Shown here piece by piece: positions 17,301-24,312 of a DNA stretch of 64,000 nt (the stretch's first letter is position 1; each line of letters starts with the position of its first letter). The stretch comes from a virus. Lineage: Duplodnaviria > Caudoviricetes. Made by a program: the position numbers and the translations under genes. A model generated the notes under the pieces. The model worked only from the letters and a program-made list of their open reading frames with translations, was not told the origin of the DNA and did not search any database. The stretch lies in IMG/VR virus record IMGVR_UViG_2061766007_000015, positions 1 through 64,000 of that record; one strand, given 5' to 3'.

Positions 17301-17769
17301 ATTCTGCAGGCTCTATGCCGTCCTCGCCAATCAAATAACAAGTTTCGTTATCACTAACAGCTGACTGAATATAGTAGAGCATCCTCGCACTCTCATACGA
17401 ACCATGCGGCGCTTTTGCTAAAACTCGATACTTGGCACCTTTATAAAGTTCATCCTGCAATCGATACGATACGGCGAGTTTCTTATCCTCAACGTGCTCA
17501 ACTACCCAATCAGTGTAATATTCATACTGACTTCCGGGGTTAGTAATTACAACGATATCACCGACTTCTATTTCAGCAGTCTTGTCAAACCAACGATTAC
17601 GACATTCCTCACAAGTTGCACTATCATCCTCGAACTGACAATTATTACAAGCCATCTCATAACAGTTTTTTAAATTGCCACTCCTATCAACTGCAACCTT
17701 ATACTCACGATATACTATCTGCTTAATAAGTTCATCATTTCCTTTGATGTACTTTTCGTAATTTGTCAT
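17299..17769 (-). CDS. Hypothetical protein (Cys cluster + SH3-like domain)
   Basis: 156 aa. Confidence 0.75.
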   Translation of the reverse strand: MTNYEKYIKGNDELIKQIVYREYKVAVDRSGNLKNCYEMACNNCQFEDDSATCEECRNRWFDKTAEIEVGDIVVITNPGSQYEYYTDWVVEHVEDKKLAVSYRLQDELYKGAKYRVLAKAPHGSYESARMLYYIQSAVSDNETCYLIGEDGIEPAE

Positions 17770-17781
17770 TTAAAGTTCCTC

Positions 17782-17991
17782 CTACTCTACTTTAAGTTCA
17801 ACCTTCCCATCTCTTTCCCATTTAAACAGTAAAACTGAGAAATCACTTAAATCATCAGCAAAATAACTCTCTACGGATTCATCATCCAGCATTGTATCTG
17901 CAATATTGCCAACAATATTGGCAACTCTTGCTAATGCCTGTCTATCATAGTCATCAAATGTAATAGTGCAAACCCTATCGCCTATAATCAT
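17782..17991 (-). CDS. Hypothetical protein
   Basis: 69 aa. Confidence 0.7.
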   Translation of the reverse strand: MIIGDRVCTITFDDYDRQALARVANIVGNIADTMLDDESVESYFADDLSDFSVLLFKWERDGKVELKVE

Positions 17992-18401
17992 TCTAAGTCC
18001 TCCTTCAATTCGTTGGCTGTAATCTTAACCGGCACAAGTGTCTGAGGCATAAACTCGATTTCATAAGCATAGGGTGAAACATTAACACCTGATACATCTT
18101 CGACGGTGTACATTGTCCACTCATTCAGGTAAATGTAATGCTTCTGATAAATCTGCTTAGCCTTATCAATTTCCACAAGTACTGCGATGCCGTCAGTAAC
18201 ATCCTCAATGGAAATCTTGCCCGTCATCTGCAGGATGCACTTATCAGTTCTTGTGTTGATTACCGTAACTCTTCTTGTGACATTAAAGTTATCGGCTTCT
18301 TTACTTACATTGTATGATACTCTGTGAGCCTCTCTTTCCAGAAAGCATCCGCTCATAATCAATGTTGCTAAGATTAATAGGGTTAAAACTGTTTTCTTCA
18401 T
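17988..18401 (-). CDS. Putative lipoprotein
   Basis: Signal peptide with lipobox-like MSGC. Confidence 0.75.
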   Translation of the reverse strand: MKKTVLTLLILATLIMSGCFLEREAHRVSYNVSKEADNFNVTRRVTVINTRTDKCILQMTGKISIEDVTDGIAVLVEIDKAKQIYQKHYIYLNEWTMYTVEDVSGVNVSPYAYEIEFMPQTLVPVKITANELKEDLE

Positions 18402-18436
18402 TTGTGTTCTCCTTTGTTTGTTTATCTTATGAAAAC

Positions 18437-18469
18437 ATTATATAACATATTCAAGTAAAAATCAACAGG
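18437..18469 (-). promoter_or_regulatory. Class II promoter
   Basis: CCTG-TTGATT-17-TATAAT. Confidence 0.8.
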
Positions 18470-18752
18470 ACGAATCGTCCTCGTCATCGGGAATAATCGG
18501 TGCTATCAGCATATTAACCTTTCGGTCAACTTCTTCCAATTCTTCTTCAATCTCGGCAAGATTCTCATGCACCTGCGCTGTGCTGTCTGCGAGGTCTTTA
18601 AGCATCTTCAAATAATCCATGCCCATCTTCAAATAATTGGTATTCATTATGTTGAAAGCCCGAGTTATACTAGAACGCCAATAACCAGTTGCAATTACTG
18701 CTGTAAAACCTAGTGTCACTAATACGATTAACATTAACTTTTCGTCTGTCAT
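18462..18752 (-). CDS. Membrane-anchored coiled-coil protein
   Basis: N-terminal TM helix. Confidence 0.7.
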   Translation of the reverse strand: MTDEKLMLIVLVTLGFTAVIATGYWRSSITRAFNIMNTNYLKMGMDYLKMLKDLADSTAQVHENLAEIEEELEEVDRKVNMLIAPIIPDDEDDSSC

Positions 18753-19192
18753 ATTTTTTCTCCTTTTATCGTTTCTGCGTTTACTGCTATTACTTTCTGT
18801 AATGCTTTTTCGATTGGTTCATCGGGTACAGCAACCCTTATCTTTGCACTTAAGTAGGTATCAAAAGTACGATAATCCTTCTCAGCATAAATTTCCATAC
18901 ACGGGATTATGCGCTCAGCCATACGTTCTGCCATCTCGTGCAGACTAAATTCAAATGCCTTTTCGGGGTCTGTTCTCATAACCATGAATGGTATTTTTAC
19001 TCTCTCAGCAAATGTTGCAGTTCTAAACTGCATCATCTCAATTCGTAATGGTGCGGCCCAATCATCATCTACCTGATACTCAGTACCACAATATTTACAC
19101 TTGCTTATACCAGTATGTGAGATTGGTAACATCTGACCGCAGTTCGCACATCTAAATGCTTTAGGTTCGTTCATTTTCTTCTCCTGTCTCAT
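18749..19192 (-). CDS. Zn-ribbon protein
   Basis: CANCG...CKYCG. Confidence 0.75.
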   Translation of the reverse strand: MRQEKKMNEPKAFRCANCGQMLPISHTGISKCKYCGTEYQVDDDWAAPLRIEMMQFRTATFAERVKIPFMVMRTDPEKAFEFSLHEMAERMAERIIPCMEIYAEKDYRTFDTYLSAKIRVAVPDEPIEKALQKVIAVNAETIKGEKI

Positions 19193-19361
19193 ATAAGATT
19201 ATAAACGCTTGGTCTGTATGTCCGGGTATTTTATTAACTTTTGTTTCTGTGACACTTAACACTTTATATCCTCTATTTTGAATTGCGCTTAATGCTTTTT
19301 CAAGTTCATATGCTACTGGTTCGTAGGATACTATCTGGTTAATTATTCTTGTCTCAATCAT
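19161..19361 (-). CDS. Hypothetical protein
   Basis: 66 aa. Confidence 0.7.
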   Translation of the reverse strand: MIETRIINQIVSYEPVAYELEKALSAIQNRGYKVLSVTETKVNKIPGHTDQAFIILYETGEENERT

Positions 19362-19516
19362 TCTTCCCCCTTATCTGCCATGATTTTCAACTTCCGTCTT
19401 GTGGCTTTTGAATTGAGTCTCTTTTCCTTTTTCCAACTATGCGGATGGTTTTTTGCTCCGCAACAATACTTCTTGTAGAATCGGTCAAGAAAGGCTAACT
19501 TTTTCGTGCTTCTCAT
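19358..19516 (-). CDS. Small basic protein (52 aa)
   Basis: Hand-translated; flanked by 21-nt direct repeats. Confidence 0.6.
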   Translation of the reverse strand: MRSTKKLAFLDRFYKKYCCGAKNHPHSWKKEKRLNSKATRRKLKIMADKGEE

Positions 19517-19533
19517 TCTTCCCCCTTATCTGC
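19358..19533 (+). repeat. 21-nt exact direct repeat TCATTCTTCCCCCTTATCTGC
   Basis: Copies at 19358-19378 and 19513-19533. Confidence 0.9.
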
Positions 19534-19785
19534 TTCAATCACACTCGGAGCGACACAATTTATTATTTTTACGTTCATAAGTGGGTGAGTTGTTATGCTG
19601 AAATACTTTCTAAACGTTTCTTCGTTTTCCACCACTTTATCAATGTCAATCAATCTTCCGTGTCCTTTTGGAAGTTCTATGCCGTTCCAGACAATCTCGT
19701 CCATCTCGGTAGCCATGCCAAACTTAATGCGTTTCTCAAGATATTTGTACACTTCATCGGGTATCTTAATAACAATCTCTTTCAT
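19513..19785 (-). CDS. Phage hypothetical protein
   Basis: NGIELPKGHGRLID motif. Confidence 0.75.
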   Translation of the reverse strand: MKEIVIKIPDEVYKYLEKRIKFGMATEMDEIVWNGIELPKGHGRLIDIDKVVENEETFRKYFSITTHPLMNVKIINCVAPSVIEADKGEE

Positions 19786-19788
19786 CGG

Positions 19789-20043
19789 TTACTCTCCTTT
19801 CTGCCAAGGCGAAACATACGGCGGTTTTGTTGGAACTTCGTTTTCGTATTCATCACCTTTACGCAATCCCTCGGAATGTTTCTTTAATTGGTCGAAGTGA
19901 CCTCTCATAAAACGTCCGTACTGATTGTGATTGTGCGTTGTTCTGCTTTCAAAATCCAAGTACAAACAAATTGTGGCAAGCGTTTCAAGAATCTCTATAA
20001 CCGCTTTTTTGTAGGTCATAAGTAATTTAAACTTTTTTATCAT
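19789..20043 (-). CDS. Hypothetical protein
   Basis: 84 aa with SD. Confidence 0.7.
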   Translation of the reverse strand: MIKKFKLLMTYKKAVIEILETLATICLYLDFESRTTHNHNQYGRFMRGHFDQLKKHSEGLRKGDEYENEVPTKPPYVSPWQKGE

Positions 20044-20046
20044 CGG

Positions 20047-20163
20047 TTACTCTCCTTTCAATCTGCGTACCTTTTTGCCGAGTCTTATTGCTTTACGCAA
20101 CTTCCACTCAAACTTTATCTTTCGCCATAATGACTTATGGGGATATATGAATTTATTTATCAT
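20047..20163 (-). CDS. Small basic protein (38 aa)
   Basis: Hand-translated MINKFIYPHKSLWRK...KGE. Confidence 0.55.
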   Translation of the reverse strand: MINKFIYPHKSLWRKIKFEWKLRKAIRLGKKVRRLKGE

Positions 20164-20174
20164 CGGTTACTCTC

Positions 20175-20564
20175 CTATTCAAATTCTGTGTAATCACTAA
20201 ATCCGTTCACGTCAAGATTAAGGTTTATTGGTGGCTCTGTTCTCCTATTCCATGCTTCGATTGCTTCTTCTTCTGTAGAAAAAAGTCTGCTTTCTACTTT
20301 AACCATCGGTTCATCGAACCCCTCACATATATGCATGAATCCATGTACAGAGTTATCTCTCTCAGAATACATCTGTACTTTTTTACTTCCACAAAAAGGG
20401 CATGGTTTTAATTCTGTCATCCTTCCTTCGCTTTCTGTCCTTTGCTTTTCAAAACATTCGTCGGTACAAAGCACATAAGGCTTCTTGTCGATACGAACAG
20501 TAACAGGCTTGTCAATGAACAACGTTGCTACATCATCTTGGTTTAAAACAATAAATTCAGTCAT
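20175..20564 (-). CDS. Lar-family restriction alleviation-like protein (C-terminal part)
   Basis: ELKPCPFCG...EAIEAWNRR signature. Confidence 0.75.
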   Translation of the reverse strand: MTEFIVLNQDDVATLFIDKPVTVRIDKKPYVLCTDECFEKQRTESEGRMTELKPCPFCGSKKVQMYSERDNSVHGFMHICEGFDEPMVKVESRLFSTEEEAIEAWNRRTEPPINLNLDVNGFSDYTEFE

Positions 20565-20770
20565 TCCTTGTCTCCTCTCAAAATATCCTGGATTACATCT
20601 AATCTGCCTATATCGGCAAACTTCTTTATGAGTTTCAAGTTGGTGTTTGCTTCGCTCAAATCTGCTGTTAAGTTATTCAACTTGGCCAGAATAATAAAGT
20701 GTAGAATCTCGTATACATCTTCTACCAAATCATTCTTAACGGCTAACGTTGCGATTTCTTCTTTGGTCAT
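20561..20770 (-). CDS. Hypothetical protein
   Basis: 69 aa. Confidence 0.7.
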   Translation of the reverse strand: MTKEEIATLAVKNDLVEDVYEILHFIILAKLNNLTADLSEANTNLKLIKKFADIGRLDVIQDILRGDKE

Positions 20771-20889
20771 TCTTCATCCTCGCTATCTGCTTCATCATCA
20801 GGTATCATGATGTATCTTTCGGGCGGTGCAATTACTTCCATTTCGTCCTCTTCGATAAATTCCTCTGCAAATGTATCGTATATTTTCAT
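20767..20889 (-). CDS. Small highly acidic protein (40 aa)
   Basis: Hand-translated MKIYDTFAEEFIEEDEMEVIAPPERYIMIPDDEADSEDEE; ATGA overlaps. Confidence 0.6.
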   Translation of the reverse strand: MKIYDTFAEEFIEEDEMEVIAPPERYIMIPDDEADSEDEE

Positions 20890-21092
20890 TTTTTCTCACC
20901 TCCTACTTCAATCCAATTTCGTTTAAACTCGTCCTTGGATATGTCGATTGATACACTCTTGTTTGTTAAGTGAACAATACTTCCTGTTTCGTGTAAAAGT
21001 GTCCATCTGCTTTGTGGGTGACACCAAATATGTGCCGTATAAAATGTTCCATAAGCGTACATTATCTGTGTTTTTGGTCTATACTTCTTCAT
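20886..21092 (-). CDS. Hypothetical protein
   Basis: Coupled ORF. Confidence 0.65.
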   Translation of the reverse strand: MKKYRPKTQIMYAYGTFYTAHIWCHPQSRWTLLHETGSIVHLTNKSVSIDISKDEFKRNWIEVGGEKK

Positions 21093-21381
21093 TCTTCGCC
21101 ACATCTCCTTCAAACAGTTTGTCAAAATCTTTTTTCCACATAACTTCTACGATTAATTCACCATCACCGCAGAGCATTGTCTGTAAGATAACGATTGGTT
21201 CAAGAACTTTCCAACCATTGTCTTTGTGATGTAAATACTGCGGGTCTTTAGAAAAAATATCATCTGCCAAGTTGCTTCGTATATGGAGACGAATAAAGAA
21301 AGAATCTCTATAACTCTTTATAAGTGTTCCACTAACTGCGTTTATATTTACTTTGTTATTGGCTTCATAAGTATTAAACAT
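21079..21381 (-). CDS. Hypothetical protein
   Basis: GGAG SD before MFNTY. Confidence 0.7.
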   Translation of the reverse strand: MFNTYEANNKVNINAVSGTLIKSYRDSFFIRLHIRSNLADDIFSKDPQYLHHKDNGWKVLEPIVILQTMLCGDGELIVEVMWKKDFDKLFEGDVAKNEEV

Positions 21382-21386
21382 TTTCG

Positions 21387-21665
21387 TTACCACTCCAATC
21401 TGCACTTGCCTTCAACTAATTTCCTAGCAACATCAATTGCTGTATGTTTATTTATCTGGTATTTATTCTCGACTTCAATTGTTTTGTCAGGTACAAGGTC
21501 ATCCCCAAGCCATCCAAGATGGTCATACCCTCTATCCACTCTCTGCCAAGTCACTACAGAAGTTTCTTTAACAATGTAGGTTCTACCTTGTAGATTCTTT
21601 CTGTAAAAATCGAGCCATTCTTCTATGGCGGCTTTATCAACTGGTTGACTAATATTTACTCTCAT
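21387..21665 (-). CDS. Hypothetical protein
   Basis: 92 aa, AAGGAG SD. Confidence 0.75.
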   Translation of the reverse strand: MRVNISQPVDKAAIEEWLDFYRKNLQGRTYIVKETSVVTWQRVDRGYDHLGWLGDDLVPDKTIEVENKYQINKHTAIDVARKLVEGKCRLEW

Positions 21666-21702
21666 AATAGTTCACTCCTTCTTGCTTTCATCTTACAATA
21701 AC

Positions 21703-21735
21703 ATTATACAACGTGTTTAAGATAAAAGCAACAGG
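21703..21735 (-). promoter_or_regulatory. Class II promoter
   Basis: CCTG-TTGCTT-17-TATAAT. Confidence 0.85.
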
Positions 21736-21763
21736 CAAGACAAATCTTAGTATCTTGCCTGTT
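21730..21763 (-). terminator. Terminator of the RNA array
   Basis: 11-bp AACAGGCAAGA/TCTTGCCTGTT stem + GCTTTT. Confidence 0.75.
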
Positions 21764-21770
21764 AGTTAAA

Positions 21771-21905
21771 TCGGTGAGATGGGATTTGAACCCACAAATA
21801 TCTGATAAGTACTTCTATATCCGGACTCTATTTTCCTCGTCATCGATACATTACTGAGTTTAACCGGTTCTCAGTAAACGACTCTACCTCTTCGTCCACT
21901 CACCT
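21771..21905 (-). ncRNA. Oversized tRNA-like RNA (135 nt)
   Basis: Acceptor GGTGAG/CTCACC, Leu/Ser-type D arm, T arm GTGGG-TTCAAAT-CCCAT; anticodon/variable region replaced by two long hairpins. Confidence 0.7.
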
Positions 21906-21907
21906 AG

Positions 21908-21979
21908 CGGGAACAGAAGGATTCGAACCTTCAACCAGACGATTAACAGCCGCCTGCTCTACCATTGGGCTATGTTCCC
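21908..21979 (-). tRNA. tRNA-Asn (GTT)
   Basis: Canonical cloverleaf GGGAACA...GGCGG-CTGTTAA-TCGTC...GAAGG-TTCGAAT-CCTTC-TGTTCCC. Confidence 0.92.
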
Positions 21980-21980
21980 T

Positions 21981-22125
21981 GGTCGGTTTAAGTAACCGAA
22001 ACTGCACATCTTCCGAATTTGGCCTGCTCGTATATTAAGACAATCCTTTGAACTTACCGTTTGCACGGCTGTTCGTCTTAATATCTTACACTGGGTCACG
22101 GTAACATTTGCTCTCTAACCCTCGC
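21981..22125 (-). ncRNA. Structured RNA between tRNAs
   Basis: Perfect 10-bp stem 22032-22041/22075-22084 enclosing GAAC..CCGT-GCAA-ACGG..GTTC (GNRA loop). Confidence 0.5.
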
Positions 22126-22214
22126 TGAGAACAAAAGGACTCGAACCTTTGTCTGGACTATCCATCGATATCTTCGGATTTCAAGTCGTATTTTACCAAT
22201 TAAACTATGTTCTC
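22126..22214 (-). tRNA. Degenerate tRNA-Ser(TGA)-like, 89 nt
   Basis: Perfect acceptor and T arms, CT-TGA-AA loop, long variable arm; anticodon stem with 2 mismatches; A73. Confidence 0.55.
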
Positions 22215-22217
22215 GGG

Positions 22218-22306
22218 CACCCCGTAGTGGACTTGAACCACGATATGGCCATACTGAGTTTGTCTGTTACTAAGACCAGCGTACTCGACTCTTGCGCTCA
22301 CGGAAT
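22218..22306 (-). tRNA. Degenerate tRNA-Leu(TAG)-like, 89 nt
   Basis: Acceptor ATTCCGT/ACGGGGT, GCG/CGC D stem, CT-TAG-TA loop, GTGG-TTCAAGT-CCAC; weak anticodon stem. Confidence 0.45.
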
Positions 22307-22405
22307 CTATGGTTTCTTTTCACATTACACTATACGGGGTATATTAATTTTTAAATTTGTCGGTCTCTCACAAACAGTTTATCAACTGCGGCACATCTCG
22401 ACTAC

Positions 22406-22606
22406 TACCTTGGGTGAGGATTCGCACCTCACATGGACTTCATTGACGGACGTGGCACTCATTAACTGAGGACTTGCTCTATTCTCTACGTCAATGATTG
22501 ATTGGTGGAGGCGTACTATCTGCTTTACCCACGTTTTTTATGAGCCTACAACACGCACCATTTCCTATTAGCGATATTTAGCGTCTACCTATTCCGCCAC
22601 CAAGGT
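22406..22606 (-). ncRNA. Giant tRNA-scaffolded RNA (201 nt)
   Basis: Perfect acceptor ACCTTGG/CCAAGGT, Leu-type D arm GGCGGAATAGGTAGACGC, T arm GTGAGG-TGCGAAT-CCTCAC; about 125-nt multi-hairpin insert. Confidence 0.75.
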
Positions 22607-22673
22607 ACTGTCTTTCATAAAAGGAGTCAATATATGTCGTGAAGCGTATCATTCTCGTTCACTTCACAATAAC

Positions 22674-22706
22674 ATTATACTAAATATTTACTGATATTGC
22701 AACAGG
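22674..22706 (-). promoter_or_regulatory. Class II promoter driving RNA array
   Basis: CCTG-TTGCAA-17-TATAAT. Confidence 0.85.
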
Positions 22707-22708
22707 TA

Positions 22709-23749
22709 CTACATGTTCATCTGCTCGTTAAGATAATCCTCAATCATGGTAAGAACTTCGCTATTGGTATCATCATCGAAGAACTCTCTTACACTTGCCT
22801 GTCCCTGCAACTTTGCAATCTGTTCTCCTGTTGTGGGATTTATGATTGCGAACCATGCACCGCTCTTATCTACAGCGCCATATTTAATTGCAAGGTCTAC
22901 TAAGTCGGCTATGTAGTCTACGCCGTAATCATAAGTAAGTGTATAGTATCCTGTTCTTCTTGTAGGCGGACAAGTCTTATTCTTCTCCATCGATACTGAA
23001 ACTAAATTGCCTGCAGGTGATTCTGAACTTCTCTTTATCTCGTTGCCCTTATCATCAATGAATGAACCACGGGAGAATCTGAGTCGTACAGAGCAAGCAT
23101 GTTTCCATGCTCTACCACCGGGAGTCTTTACTGCACCTGCCCACTGTGCGCTTAAGTCATCTCGTATCTGATTAATACCGATTAATGTGCATCTGTACTT
23201 ATGACAAGCCATCTCTGCTTTGCCGCTAAATGCTGTAAGTGCCTGAGATATACCTGCGTAGGTCTTATCTTCTACAGTCTTTTCCATAGCCTGCTGAGAT
23301 ACTAACATACCAATGCTATCGAGCACTACTAATCCAATCTCGCCTGTTTCAATCATATCCAAGATGAACTGGAATATTTCTTCGGCTGAATGTGATGTGG
23401 GCTTAAATACAATCATGTTGTCTACATCGACACCAAGTTTTCTTGCCCACTCAACATCTAATGTATTCTCTGCATCAACGTACAATACCTTCTTAGCATC
23501 GGGTAATGCCTGATAGTTGGCTATGATATCGAGTGCTGTCGTAGTCTTACCACCATGCTCTTCACCATAAAACTCAATGAGTTTGCCTATAGGAAGTCCA
23601 CCGAATGTCATGTAGTTAAGTCTTGGACTAGTAAACGGTATACGGTCAAAGTTATAGTCAGTAATACCTATCTGCACTACTTCTTCCATAGACTTTTTGT
23701 TCATGGCTTTCATTACTTCGTCTAAAGTCAGTTTCTTATCTGCCATCAT
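22709..23749 (-). CDS. recA: RecA/UvsX-like recombinase
   Basis: GEEHGGKTT Walker A, VVLDSIG, INQIR, TPGGRAWK. Confidence 0.92.
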   Translation of the reverse strand: MMADKKLTLDEVMKAMNKKSMEEVVQIGITDYNFDRIPFTSPRLNYMTFGGLPIGKLIEFYGEEHGGKTTTALDIIANYQALPDAKKVLYVDAENTLDVEWARKLGVDVDNMIVFKPTSHSAEEIFQFILDMIETGEIGLVVLDSIGMLVSQQAMEKTVEDKTYAGISQALTAFSGKAEMACHKYRCTLIGINQIRDDLSAQWAGAVKTPGGRAWKHACSVRLRFSRGSFIDDKGNEIKRSSESPAGNLVSVSMEKNKTCPPTRRTGYYTLTYDYGVDYIADLVDLAIKYGAVDKSGAWFAIINPTTGEQIAKLQGQASVREFFDDDTNSEVLTMIEDYLNEQMNM

Positions 23750-24312
23750 TTCTCTCCTTTATAGCAAAAATACATTCCTTCAAATGCTTCATATAAACCA
23801 TCGCCCTGCTCAAAATTAGCCTGATATACTACATTCTCGGGTATTTGTGAACCGTGTGTCAGTAAGTACTTTGCACAATTATAGGCTCTCTCGTTGTACT
23901 CATAGTCAATCATACCATTCCATGTACAACTGTATTGACCTTTCTGATACACGACTGCGGGTAATGTGTCGGGATAATCTTTGTGTTTCACACGATTCAA
24001 TACTACACTGCCTACATACAATTGAAGTTTATCTGAGCACCAGTCACTTCCTGCTTCTGCGTATATCAGATGTGCCAGCAACTCACACTCGTACTCATCT
24101 ATAATAATCTTTGGCGGTACTACTATGTGTACTACACAGGTTACATTTATAACAGGCTCTTCAGGTTCTACTTCAACTAATGGTTGCTCTTCTAAGACAA
24201 TAGGCTCAGAAACAATCTCATCACCTCTATGTGATTCTAAAATTGCCACAACCGAGAGAAGTATAAGTGAACCTATGGTTATAATGCCTTCAATTAATTT
24301 TCGGACACTCAT
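23746..24312 (-). CDS. SleB-like cell wall hydrolase (Hydrolase_2) with N-terminal anchor
   Basis: LAHLIYAEAG...VGSVVLNRV...VVYQKGQYS. Confidence 0.85.
   Translation of the reverse strand: MSVRKLIEGIITIGSLILLSVVAILESHRGDEIVSEPIVLEEQPLVEVEPEEPVINVTCVVHIVVPPKIIIDEYECELLAHLIYAEAGSDWCSDKLQLYVGSVVLNRVKHKDYPDTLPAVVYQKGQYSCTWNGMIDYEYNERAYNCAKYLLTHGSQIPENVVYQANFEQGDGLYEAFEGMYFCYKGEK

Larger units (their letters stand above)
19783..20176 (+). repeat. 16-nt direct repeat CATCGGTTACTCTCCT (gene junction: SD + stop + start)
   Basis: Copies at 19783, 20041, 20161. Confidence 0.9.

Noticed and set aside
22406-22606. tmRNA or group I intron-containing tRNA
   Set aside because: Intact D stem, no G3:U70 pair and no tag ORF; the insert is short and lacks a recognisable P7 core (not fully excluded without Infernal)
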